From Lama glama (lineage: Eukaryota), in the NCBI GenBank assembly GCA_028534125.1, contig CM052818.1, positions 2,110,001-2,174,000 on the forward strand: 64,000 bases of DNA, written 5' to 3'. Shown here in pieces: positions 49,065 to 61,036 of this stretch (the first letter of the stretch is position 1; each line of letters begins with the position of its first letter). The translations under genes and the position numbers were made by a program. A model generated the notes under the pieces. That model saw only the letters and a list, made by a program, of their open reading frames with translations, was not told the DNA's origin and ran no database searches.

Positions 49065-49494
49065 CGCTAACCGTTCGTCTCATGCCGGAGGCGCTACCTT
49101 GCCTGCATTCTCTGACACAGAGATACTAGCCTGCTCGGTGGGTAACCGTAGCCAGAAGGAAGACCAGCAGAGGTTCAGTCTGGACTTTGCTGATGGAAGC
49201 CCCCACTGCCGGATGGCAGGACTTTAGACAGGTCATTTGTTCCAAAGAAATGTGATCTGAATCTTTAAAGTCCTATTAAGAACCACCGCAGGCAGGAACC
49301 CTGAGCTTCAACTACCAGTGCCAGGTACCCGGGTTAGCTGAGAGGAGGGTCGCTGGACCGGAGTAACCAAAGAAGACATCGAAGGTCAAGTTCCTGTTCA
49401 GAACTGCCCGGCCCTCTGAGCACCTCACCCCTCCTCCCCGCACCCCCTCTTCCCTTCATCCGCATCCTCCAGGGCAGAGCCGGAGCCAGAGCTG

Positions 49495-49680
49495 GGAGCA
49501 AATTTATAGCTCCCAGCCGTGAATAATGCAGCAGCCCCGCTGCTCTCCAGGCAGAAACTTCCGGGTAGCTCGTAAATCACTGCAGACACTGTGCCAGCCT
49601 GCTTAATCAGCTGTCCCCAGGGCACCTCAGCCGAGGAAAGGGGGCACCCTGGCTGCATTCAGTACCCCCATTAATAAGGC
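49495..49680. promoter_or_regulatory. Candidate enhancer with ETS and PBX-HOX9-type sites
   Basis: ACTTCCGG 49557-49564, TCGTAAATCA 49570-49579 (TGATTTACGA on minus), plus AATTTATAG and CCATTAATAA. Confidence 0.4.
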
Positions 49681-49811
49681 CCCAGGCTACAGCAGCCGAC
49701 TCACTGCTCCCCTCACTGCCCCCACGCCGTGGCCCCGCAGAGGAGAGACTTCCCGAGAAGGGACACAGAAGGACGTCGAGGAGAGAGGAGACGCAGTCCT
49801 TGATCCAGGAA

Positions 49812-49941
49812 GTGGGAGGATTATTCCAACTGCTTTGGGGAAGGGGCTGGGGTTCCCAGGAACTGGGCTACTGTCTGCTTTTTGACCCTTTACGATCAGC
49901 CTCAGAACTGTCCTGGTGCCTGTGGGAGGGCCGTTTACCAT
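49812..49941 (-). mobile_element. Internal fragment of a MER41-like LTR
   Basis: Aligns by eye (about 85% identity) to 50613-50740. Confidence 0.8.
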
Positions 49942-50269
49942 CCTGGATGCTCAGCTTGCACACACACACGCTCCCTCAGACACACACACACTCACACACA
50001 GCGCTTCTGCTCCAGGACTCTGGGCCACAGCACGAGGTGGTGCACGCCATGCACTGGGGCCCCGGCAGGAGGAGCCCACACAGGGCTGAAATCCAGCCCA
50101 GCCATTGCCACTGAGCCCTGCAATCTGGCTCAGGACTGTGCTCTGGTATCTTTTCCTGATTCGTTCAAAGTTACGGTCTTTGCTGCGGTGCCTGGTGTAC
50201 ATCTGGGTTCCCCCTTCCTTCCCGGCCCCACCTTCCCTGGTTCACGACACTGGTCCTGCCTCCTTCTAG

Positions 50270-50909
50270 TGATACAGGGAAAATGAGGGGCATGAGATGA
50301 TGGCCGTGTCCCAGGTCTCAGTCGAGTCCCTGGGATGAGCCCCACCAGGTAAGGGTCCTTGGCTTCGCACAGGAACGAGTTTAAGAGTGAGCCATAGGAG
50401 AGTGAGGGTAGATTTATTCAGAGAGATACACACTCCATAGACAGAGTGCGGGCCTGAAGCAAGAGAAGGGCCGAAGAGCTTAAGAGACACATACTCCACC
50501 TGCACAATGCGGGCCATCTTGCTCAGAGCATGGGGTTGGCTAGGGAAAATGAGATGGGCCACGAGGTATGGGAGTCAGTGCTCACGGGCTCAGGAACTTC
50601 ATACGCTGACACGTGGGAGATTATTCCAGCTACTTTGGGGAAGGGGCTGGGGTTCCCAGGACCTGGGCTGCCACCTACTTTTGACCCCTTACGAGCAGCC
50701 TCAGAACTGTCCTGGCCCCTGGGGAAGTGCCATTGACCATGTCTTATATTACAATGGGCATATAATGAAGTTCACGGTCTACTGGAAATCAAATCTCCTG
50801 CCATCTTGGGCCTCAAGGTCTGTTGGGAGTTGAATTTTCCATCATTTTGGTGTTAATTGCCATGTCATTCCTTGAATGGCTGTGTCCTGCCCTCTTCCCT
50901 TCTGTCTCT
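50270..50909 (-). mobile_element. MER41-like ERV1 solo LTR
   Basis: AAGGGTCCTTGGCTTCGCACAGGAA...GATTTATT...CTCCATAGACAGAG...GCCATCTTGG parallels antisense MER41. TG terminus at 50270, with 4-bp flanks CTAG/CTGG. Confidence 0.75.
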
Positions 50910-50934
50910 CTGGAACCCCAGTCTCCCCAGGTGC

Positions 50935-51419
50935 TTGCCCCCTGAAATAAATGTACAACCTAAAAGTTGAGAATTATGTTTTATTCGGTGGACAATTCTG
51001 AGCACTCAGCTCGGGATGACAGCCTCCCAGATCACTCTGAGGGACTGCTCCAAAGAGGTAGGGGAGGAGCCAGGATATATAGGAGATTACAGCAAAGATC
51101 AGGTCATCGGAACATTAAAGATTACTTGTTAACTAAAGAAAATCAGACATCTCAAGTTAAAGAATTTAGTACTTTTCTGTGTACGGGAGGAAGCAAACAC
51201 TTGGGCTCACTGAATTCATTCTTTTGACAAGCAACTAGCTGTCTTGGGCCAGTATCCTGTTCTTTCTTATTCCGAGTCCCCTCAGAGTGCGCCATGGTGA
51301 GTGGCTGCAGAGGCTGGGCTGCAGGCTTGTCTTCACTGGGGGTGGTGGCAGCCACTGACGACTTGATGGTTTCAGCATTCTCTGTTTACTGATATGGTTT
51401 GCAGTATTTTTCGTTCACA
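50935..51419 (-). mobile_element. ERV1-type solo LTR (second family)
   Basis: Minus-strand AATAAA (TTTTATT about 50979) and TATA (GGATATATAGG about 51073), CTCTGAGGGACTGCTCCAAAGAGG, ending TTCACA. Confidence 0.75.
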
Positions 51420-52689
51420 CCCCTCCTCCTGCATAGACTGAGGTCCTGCCCCTCAGGACCCACACTTTCCAGGTGCTGATTTTTTAATGCCATCTGCCCA
51501 TCGTTCCCCATCTCCATGTCACTGGGGACGAGGGGCCCATAGCCCCAGGTGCCCACACATGGCTGTACTTACAGATGCAAGGAGCTTGGACAGTGTGGAC
51601 CGGACTTTCTCTAAAACAGCCTAAGGCAGGGTCATTCTCAAGTTCCCTGAAGGACAAGTCAGGGCAGCTCCTTGCTATGAACAACCAGACAAGAGATAAT
51701 CCCCAAATGAAAGGAGAGTGTTTGAGTTTCCTCCAGTGTATTTGCATTTCAAACACCGTACATTTCCCACCAGGACTCCTCAGTCAAGACTTAACCACCG
51801 TCTAGCAGGAAGACCTTCTCAAATGAAGGGATAATTCTCAACCCACTGGAACTCTGATTCATGAATCATTTAATGATTCTTACTCTCCACTGGAGAGGAG
51901 GATGTTGCTCATAAGAAAAGGGTACGTTTGGAGGAGGGTATGCACAGGGGAGCAGGCATCTGAAAATAGGGTTAGGAATTTTAGAAATGTACGAAGTTCC
52001 CGAACCATGTCTCCTATCACATGACCCATTTGGTGTCTCCGGAAATCCCATATGGAAAATTGGACCGAAGCAGGGAGACACAGCTTCCCCAGGGAGGCGG
52101 GAAGGCTGGAAGTCGGCGAGCCAAGCCTCCCTGGGAATGGCGGTGCCCTTGGACTTGCGGTTTAATGAATGAGCCAGGTCGCCTGCTCTGGGAGGAGCCC
52201 CTGAGGCCCCGCAGGTCATCGGGGCAGCCCACCCTGACCACAGCAGCCCCACTTCCTGCCTTGGCCACACTCCCTCCCCCAGCCACCACTGACTCCAAGC
52301 AAGCGTAACATGACTCAGCACCCAGAGCCATGACCACTGAGTTCATCGGCACCTTTAGGGAGGCCTAGGCAACCAGGAGTCCCCAAGTCCATCAACACTC
52401 ATAGGCTTCACGTGAAATGATTCTCCTGTCCTGATGGAGAAGACGTCCCTGCCCTTAGGGGTTGCCTGTCCTTGACCTCCCTGTTAGCCACCACAGCTAG
52501 GCACTCAATACACATTCTTTGCATAACCACAACAGGCCAGACACAGCGGAGGAGCCAGGCCTATGGTCTTTCTCTAATTATGAGTCAGACAGTCATATAG
52601 TCACACAACACGTGCAGCTGAAGTCTACCATGGGCTGGGCACTGGTAGTGCATGGTGCACAAGGGTAAATAATAAGGGCTACCACTTGG

Positions 52690-52890
52690 AGAGCACTGCT
52701 GGGTCCCAGGGGCATTCTATAAGCACTCAATATGTGTCAGCCCATGTCAGCCTGACAACAACCTTTCTTGGCAATCTTATTTTCCTGGCAACTGCGGCAC
52801 AGAGAGGTTAAGTAATTTGCGCAAGGCCACACAGCAAAATGGCAGAGTAGGTTTCAAATTTAGACCACCTGGCTCCAGAGCTCAAGCTCT
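52690..52890 (-). mobile_element. MIR SINE
   Basis: GGCACAGAGAGGTTAAGTAATTTGCGCAAGGCCACACAGC...GGCAGAG...TGGCTCCAGAGC. Confidence 0.8.
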
Positions 52891-52989
52891 GGGTAACAGC
52901 CTACCCTGCTCCTCCGCTACCAGGTCTTCTCTTTCAAGAGCTTACTATCTAGGAGAGGGCCAGCTAAGGAACCAAATAATTGGAATACT

Positions 52990-53464
52990 TGTTGCTGCAA
53001 AACTGGCCTCTTTATCCTGAAAATGGGTTGAGACTCGGAGGCAGAGTTTTGGGAGAAAAAGAACAGCTTTATTGCTTTGCCAGGCAAAGGGGAGTCACAG
53101 CAGGTTCCTGCCTTAGAGACGGTGAATCCATCCTGGAGTTGGGGTCTTGAAGTTTTATAGAAAAAAAAAACTGGATAGAACAGAAAAGGTGATAACAATC
53201 AGGGCACTTTACAGGGTGCTGCCACATTCCCCTTCACCTCTGTGAATCTTTCTGGCGTCATGGGGGAACTGCAGAGGGTCTGTCCGTTCTTCTGAGATTA
53301 TCGGCCCATTACCTTCTTCCTGGAGCACAGCCTCTGGGTTAAAACTATTGTAAAAAAATGTAAGGGAGAAGTTTAGGGATTACTTAGCACAAAAGCAGTG
53401 AGGGAGAGAAAGCAAATTTCAGAGTATCGCAGCCAGAAAGAATCTGCCAACAATTGCAGCTTCA
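52990..53464 (-). mobile_element. ERV1-type solo LTR (third family)
   Basis: TG...CA ends. GAGTTTTGGGAG...AGCTTTATTGCTTTGCCAGGCAAAGGGG and TTTTATAG give minus-strand polyA and TATA signals. Confidence 0.7.
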
Positions 53465-56400
53465 GGGAAGTTACTTCGTTTCTCCTGCCCCTTCATGCTG
53501 AGCCTCCTGAATTAAAGCTGCTAACTCAGCAGGGCCCTGGTGCCTTAACCGGGCATCGGAGAAAATGTCTCCCTTCCCAAAAGGGACAGCCTGGGAAAAA
53601 TCTCAGAGGACTAACAGCTTGGCGTTTCCAGAAAATGGCAAGACACCCTCCAAGGCTGTAGTCTATCAACAGATGAGCTGGAGCCGGAGGGGCCTTCCTT
53701 CCATGCTAGGCTGGGGCAGGTGGGCTCTGTCTTGGGGGCACTGGGGAGCCACTGAAGGTTTCAGGTAGGGCCGTGACATAACCTTCATCAGAAGGAGGCC
53801 CTGGCACAAGGGATGGGGGCCATCTGCAGCCTGGCCTGTGGCCGAGGACCCGGTGGCCGGCTCCCCAGGGCTGGCTTGGCCTCCACTTGCCCTGGGCCAG
53901 GGGCGGGGCCAGGGGAGCCGGCCGGCTGTCTCCAGATGATTAAGGAGCTGGCAGACACTCCTTGGTCCAGGGAGGCTCCGGCCAGCAAAGCACAGTCTTC
54001 CCTCTTTCCCTTTTGGCACCGGGCGGCCCTATTGATGTTTATCAGTCCGTGTTTATTATTCTTGACGCTGCTCAGGATGTCCTCCCCAGCTGGGGAGGGC
54101 GAGGCGGGCCCGCAGGGAGAGCAGGGGGATGGGACCTTGGCCTCGCTGCCACCCAGGCTTTGTGTCAGAGCTGGAAGGCTCACAGCTCGGCCAGCTCGGC
54201 CGCCTCATTGGCAGATAAAGAAGTTGAGGACAGAGACGGGGAGAGAGGTGCCCGAGATCACAAGCAAATACAGCACAGATTATCTGCAAAGAGAACGGAG
54301 GGTGAATTCAGATCTCTTGGTCCCTACAGTCCCTGGGTCAGGGCTTGCTATGTTATCCAACTAGCTCTTACCACGTGCCTGCTGTGTGAGTGGGCTTCTA
54401 TTTTCCAGGCCCTATCTAGTGCGGGAAGCCTGAGATGGGGCTGGGAAGAGGGTACAAAGGGTGTTCTGAGCAGAGAAAACAGCGTGGGCGAGGACCTGGA
54501 ATATGCAGATGGTTCCGGAGCTGGGCACGCCTGGAGCACAGGTGGGTCGAGGTAGAAAATGCAGCTGAAGAAACCAGCCGCCCCGACTCCTCTCCCCGAG
54601 AGGTTTCCAGTGCAGGGGCCGAGGGACCAGCTGCTCTTAGTCCTCCCAGTAGTGCTCATCTTCATCCCTGCCGCCTGCGACCCCGCCGCCGTGAGGACGG
54701 CAGCTCTCAGACCCTCATTCCCCCACAAATGCAGCCGAACCAGATCGGGATGGGGAGGGAAGGCACCAGGCGGCTCTGTCTGCTCACCTGGAGACTCTGT
54801 GTCTCTCCCCAAGGGGTGGCTGGACGAGGCAGGGGCAGCAGCTGGGAATGAGAGCTGGCCCGTGAGGACCGTGTTGGGGACCCTGTTTGTCACAGGTAAT
54901 ACCCCTTCAGAAGCCAAGGCAGTGAGGCTGAGGGCTTCAGCCCAGGGCCCCAGCCTGACCGGCCCCTCCAGGCTCAATCCAGCTCCCCCTCCCCTCACAC
55001 CCAGCTGCGGGCTCCAGGGGGCGACTTAGACCTGGTACTAGGGCCTGCTGGGAATCACACTTCCAAGTTCCAGGAAGCCAGGTAGTGGACAAGACTCCAC
55101 CTGGCAGGTCAGCCTGGGCCCAGGGTGGCGCCGCTCCAGCACGAGGGCTAAGCTGGTCTGGGGAAGAACGGGCATCCTCCTGGCCTCTGTCCGTCCTACC
55201 CTCCCAGGCCATCTCTACCCTGAGCCTCCCCAGAGACTTCCCCCTCCAGAGAGCCCTTCCCAAGGAGCCCTCTGGATTCTGAGAACACTTAGGTGGTGAG
55301 GGCTCAAGACCCAAGCCCAGGAGTTGCCTTCTGTTTATTCATGCGTGTGTCTCCTTCTGTAGCTTCTGGCGGGGCGCCTTCTCCCCTCTGAGATGGATGG
55401 GCCGATAGTAAGTCTGCGTTAGGCTCTTCCTGGCCCTCGCTGAGCCTGCCATGGATAGGACCAAGGGGACACTGATGACCTGCCTTGAATCAGCCCCAAG
55501 AAGTTGATCCTAAGCCCTGGGTTTCTGAGACCCAAGTCCCTCCTCAAAGCTGAGGTCTCATTGTCCCCACCCCAAGAAGACCCTGAGCACCAGGGACTTG
55601 ATAAGAGGAAGAAAAGAAAAAGCAGCTAAGGAAAGTGGGGGGGGCCTGGGAGGCTGGGGAGGCATCTGGTGGGTGAGAGGGAGCCTGGCCGGCCCAGGAT
55701 GAGACTGTGGGGCAGCTGCCCAGGCCACAGAGGTCACCAGTGAGGCCTGGGGCTTTCAGGGCTGCCTCTCCCACCAGCACTGGGGACTTTGAAACAAGAT
55801 CTTTTTTTTTTTAAGAAATAAAATTTCAGCATATGTTCATTAAAAATAAAATGTCACAATACATTATAGCCCTCTTATGAAGTACCCCTCCAACACACAC
55901 ACCCCCCTAAGGAGGAATGCTACCCCGGGGCCTGTGCCCAGTCAGGGTGACTTTGCAGGGAACTGTCCCCACATTCTCCACCCAGGCCCTTATGAGCAGC
56001 ATCATGAATTTTTCAGGTTGGCTGGACTTGGGAGTGCTGTTCAGAGCTGTAGGACAGATCTTCTGGTGAGAAAAGCTAACCGGCCAGGAGAAGAAGCCCA
56101 CGACATTGACCTCTTTGCCCTGGGAGACCATGGCCATGGCCCTGAATACCTGCAAATCCTGTGACCTTCTCTGTCGCCCTCTGGCTGTGACCCCAGTGGT
56201 TCTCCCCAATAAGAGCTGGGTTAGCAGAGAAAAAAGTTTCCAGCTATGGACCAAACTCTTTGTCTCCAAGGGCCTCATCTGTACGATGAGGGTGTTGGTT
56301 GGTCCAGAAGTTCCTCCAAGTTTTCCCAGGTCTGACAATCAGGATTCCATTTTCCATTTTTTGATGCTCATGTGCTGTGATTGTAAGGCACACAGATACA

Positions 56401-58929
56401 CAATGGGGGGAATGCACTGCCAACCTCAGTATCTCAGTACCAGGACCCTGGAAGCCCCCATTAATAAATACTCATGGCCGTCATGCAGTGTCTGAATGGC
56501 CAGTGTAGCTCGCAGTAGAAGAGTGGCGTTTCCCTAACAGCTGAGGTAGCAAAGATCAAACAGCCAACCCACACATGGAGCTCCTGTTAGTCATCTGTGC
56601 TCAAGGCCAGTTGTCGTTAAAGCCATCAGCTTTGAAGGTCAGAAGAGGGCCATGAAAGCAGGGCGCGGTTCAGTGTGGAGACTCAGACTCAGCACGCGCT
56701 CCTGGGTGGGCCAAGGGCTGTCATAAAGGCAGGGTTGACCATCACTCCATTCAACTCATCAGCCATTCATCACTCACTCTTGGAGTTCTCCCTGGCTGTG
56801 GTTATACGCCCGGGTCTGCAGAGAGGAAAGATTAGGTGAGTAAGACAGCCTCTGCCCGGAAGAGTGCGTGGCCAGACTGGGCACACAGATGGGTGGCAGC
56901 AGTTAAGGGGCCACCAAAGCTACAAGAGGCTGAGTTCGGTGTCTGCCCAGCTGGGATGGCTCCGAGGAAGTAACATGCAGAAGAGGGGCTGGCCCCCGGC
57001 CTTGGTGGGTAAGCAAGTGTCAGGCAGCTGAACGAGGGAGAAGTCAGGAAGCCTCGATGGCACATCACCCCAGGCCTGCATCCCAGGGGGCCTGGGAGCC
57101 ACGCTGGAGGAAATGGACCTCAGCCAGAAGATCCCGGGAGGCCACAGAGGGGCTGGAAATGCAACTTACTCAGAGCTGTGCCATCAGGGGAGGGACGGCA
57201 GTGCCCTGAGCAGGTGCAGGGAGGAGGGAGGAGATGTTTGAGGCAGCACATGCTGGCCTTGACCGCCGCTGCAGGGAGTGGGAAAGCAGAATACCATCCT
57301 CCACACCTGGATTTCCCAGCTGAACAACTAAGGAGGCGATGCTGAACACACAGGAGTGGGTTTAGGGGAAGATGAAAAATTCTGCTTTCCCTGAATCACA
57401 CACGCCCATGTTTTCTTCCAGCATAAAAGGTTTTGTCAACAACTCATAAATGATTTACTGCTCCTCCCTGTCTGCATCCATTATTCTTTGGACTCTTAGT
57501 CTTATATACCCGGAGACGGGGAGAGAGCCCCAGGAGAGCGACCAGAGAGGGGCGAGTCTGTCCTTTTCTGTCCTTCGGTCCCTGGACCATGCCTCGCAGG
57601 AGGGCAAGCCAGTCCTGGTGCCCGCACAGGGCCTGCATGGACTCTCGCACCACAGTCTGACAGTGGCCCTTGAAGCCTTGGGAAATGGAGGCCCCAGGAG
57701 GGCCTGCGACTTGCCAGAGGCCACACGTCCAGGCAGTAAATGCTTCCTGACGCTCGCAGTGTGGTGGCCACCGAGGACGGCCTCTCTGCCTCCCTTTGTG
57801 GCCATTAGAAGCATCAGGAGGTGGCAGGGTGGGGGTGCCCAGCAGGGCCTGGGACACAGCAAGGCCTCAACTTTGTCCATGAAACTAGGTGGTCGGGGGA
57901 TGCCCCTGGTGGGTGTGTCGGGGGGGTCTCCACTTGAAAGGAAAGGCTGAGAATATAAAAACTGTCAGGTCTGCATCCCGGTGGAAGTGCCTCCTGACCT
58001 TCTCTAATGTGGCGTGGTTTGAGTTTTCCGGAAGCCAAGCCCCCCGACTAATGGTTCCACTCTCTTTTCTAATAAATATGTGGCCCTGGGCCCAGCTCTC
58101 TTCTCTGCTTTGTCATGAGGGACCTGTTATTTATGACTTGGGGATGAGTCACAGGCCTTGGCAAGGAGCTCACAGCTCTGGGCCCAGTGTATTTTTCCAC
58201 TCAGTAGCAAGAGAAGGAGGACGCTTGTAAATTTGCCCTTGGAGACAACTGGGTAGATATCTTCCCAAAGATGCTCCTCCTGGCGCGACCGTAAATCTCC
58301 TTGCTGGACGTTCCCGGTGGTCTTTGGCTGCTGCCCGGGAGAGCGGCTGAGGGCTCTTCTGGGCTCAGGACTCAGTCCCCATCCCGACTCCTGGGCCCCC
58401 AAAACAACTGCGTGCCTCACAAAAGTGCCACATATCCTGCGGGGGGGCTTCCAAGGCACCGTGGGCACAGTGAGTTGAGGGAGATGAAGGGGTGAGGACA
58501 GTGAGTCCCAGGGAAGATAAGGGTAAAGCTCCTGGGAACCAGGAAATAGGATGCAGGGGCTTCCAGGTTCCCCAGGACCCCAAGGCCCAGCCCTCATTCT
58601 TTGGCTGGACACTCCTGACCCTCTGTGTTGGGGCCGACCCTCGCTCCTCCCAGGGCTGCTTGGACACTGGGCATTGACTCCCACCCCCCAGCTCTGCTCC
58701 AGCTCTTGCCCCCACAACCCCCAACCCTCAGAGCCCCTACTCAAGCACTGTGCTGCGAGCCATCAGCCCATCGTGCTGACTTCTTACTTCCTAGTCACGT
58801 GTCTTATTTGCCCCAACAGATTCTGGGCCCCTGAGCAGAAGTTCTCATGTCTCTTTGGTCACTTACATGAGGACCGGGCACTTGATTTGGCGGGATGGAG
58901 GGAGGTGGAGGGGCGGGCAGGTGGGAGAG

Positions 58930-59445
58930 TTTCAAGAACTATAGAAGGAGCTGAGATTTTCACTCTACCTGCAAGCTAGCAAGTTTGCCTGAGGTGTCAG
59001 CTTCATGGATGCTGGCAAAACACACAAGACTCCCGGGTCGGAGACAAAGGACAGTTTCTCACTCACAGTGACAGCAGTATCCAGGGCATCAGCCCTTGAG
59101 CCAGTTCTGGGGACCCCAGTTCCTACAAGGTGAGGCACAGAGGGCCAGGTGGTGCTCACACACACCATAGGTTGCACTACAGGAGTGGATCCCTGATGGC
59201 AGGGAGCCTGAATCTTTTTTAATAGGCAGTAAGCGTGCCTAAACTTTGACCCAGAGGAAGACATTCTCTTTATTGTACTGAACAGTAAACCAAGCTGCCC
59301 TTTGCTCCAGAGGGAGACACTTTCTCTGTCTTCCTAGAATGTTAACCATGAGAACAACCTTGTAAAGGTAGTCAGGAACAAAGGCAGCCCAGGCTTATGC
59401 TGGCCAGATGTGCATGAGAGATCCACAGTGAGAGATCCTCACTAT
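58930..59445 (-). mobile_element. LTR40-like ERVL solo LTR
   Basis: TCAAGAACT...CTGAGATTTT...TGCAAGCTAG...TTCATGGATGCTGGCA...GAGACAAAGGAC...CTGCCCTTTGCTCCAGAGGGAGACAC...GGAACAAAGGCAG. Confidence 0.8.
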
Positions 59446-59619
59446 GTTCTAATAGGAGGCTCAATCCACTTTTTTTTTTTATTCATCTCATAGTGGACAT
59501 CTTGGGTATGGCCCAAAAACCCTGCGATCTCCACCTCTAAGTGGCATGTCAGAGTCTCAGTAAGGTTGAGGGCAAGAGCAGGGGCTGGACCTCATATTTC
59601 TGTAAAAGAGCTCCTTTGT

Positions 59620-59974
59620 GCCTGCCATAGTCCTCAGCAGTCCCCTGACAGACTGGGGTCTGTCTGCTCCACACGCTCTGTCTGTGCACAGGACAAACCT
59701 GAGATGCTGGAGGCCTAGGGCTCCTGGAGGCAGTCCTCAGTCAAAGAAAGATGGGGAGGTGGTGAATGGATACCCCAGCTTCCTCCCCCTTGCTTGGGAC
59801 AACTCTGTCTCCCAAGCTCCCAGTGAAACCTAGCCCCAGGTGTCCACACTGAGAGCAGCATCCTCCCTCCCCGTTCTCATCTCTGACCTCCGCCAGCAGT
59901 TTCTGGGATCACTTCCCTACTTGCGCTCACATCTTTGCCTCAGGACTTCTTCAAGGGGATCCCACCCAAAGACA
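59620..59974 (+). mobile_element. LTR16-like ERVL LTR relic
   Basis: CCCTTGCTTGGGACAACTCTG...TTCTGGGATCACTTCCCTACTTGCGCTCACATCTTTGCCTCAGG...CCCAAAGACA. Confidence 0.6.
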
Positions 59975-60867
59975 CTTCTTAATGAACGTCATGATACACT
60001 ATGTTCAAACAATGAAACACGTATTGTCCTCACAGTACAAGGCACAGAAAGGGAAGATTGCCACACTCAGCTTGACTCCTGGAGACATGCGAGAGTGATG
60101 ATTCCTTCTGAGAGAGGGACAGATCAATAGGGAGAAGGGAAAAGAGGCCAAGACACCCTCACGTAGACCCTGTGCTGGCTCCTGAGAACACGGCAACTGA
60201 AGCCATCTCAGCCGGTCCAAAAGGGAGACACGTAAGGACCGTGGGCCAAGGGGGCATTTGCCTGCAGCCTTCCCTTCTGTGGCGCTCCCCGCTATGATCC
60301 AACTCCAAGTCTACTGCTTCTGAGTCCAGGCTCTTCCCTTCTGAGTCCAGCACTCTCAGACACACACAGCCATGAGTATCTGCGAAGAACTGTGAATGGA
60401 CTCCCTGGGGCACTGACTTTACAATAAGCCTCAAAGCCTGGAGCTGAAGTGAGGAATACCCAAGAAAGGCAGCGGGGTGGGAGTCAAGAGCATCGGAACG
60501 ACTTGGGGAGCTTGTCCAAACCACACACTTAACAATTTGGAAACCTCCCAGAAGTGGGCTGAGAGTCTCCAGCTCAGCCACGTCCCCGCAGAATTTCCAT
60601 GCTGCTCGGGACCACTTGCCAGACGTCCTCCTCAACACATCCACTGGAAGTTCTCCCCTCCAACCCTTTGACAAGTGGATAGAAGCAGATTCAGAAACCA
60701 CAAGCATTCATTAGCCTTATCATTATTGCTTCTGATAACTATTCTCCCTCAGGTTAGAACAGCTCTTTAACTGCTCAAAGCTTTATCCCTTTGGCCGTAT
60801 GCCATTTGAATCTCTTCCTTCCCATCCTCCCCAACCCCATCCCCATTAAGATAATTAAGAAAATAGT

Positions 60868-60995
60868 ACTATCCTCGTTTTATAAATGATGAAACTTTGG
60901 CTTATAAAAGGAAACTTGATGGGAAGGCTCTTAATTTACAGATGAGGAAACTGAGGCTCAGAAACAATGGCTTGCCCAAGGTCACACAGCACAGT
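60868..60995 (-). mobile_element. MIR core fragments
   Basis: TTTACAGATGAGGAAACTGAGGCTCAGA...CTTGCCCAAGGTCACACAGC. Confidence 0.8.
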
Positions 60996-61036
60996 TGTGT
61001 CACAGAGAGTAAGAGGAGAAGTTTATTAGGTAATAG

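Noticed and set aside
53813..55029. Several 130-216-aa ORFs in multiple frames
   Set aside because: Mutually overlapping and low-complexity, with no recognisable protein family or splice structure.
56542..56560. TGAGGTAG let-7-like seed
   Set aside because: Only 8 nt match, and neither the rest of the mature sequence nor a hairpin is present.
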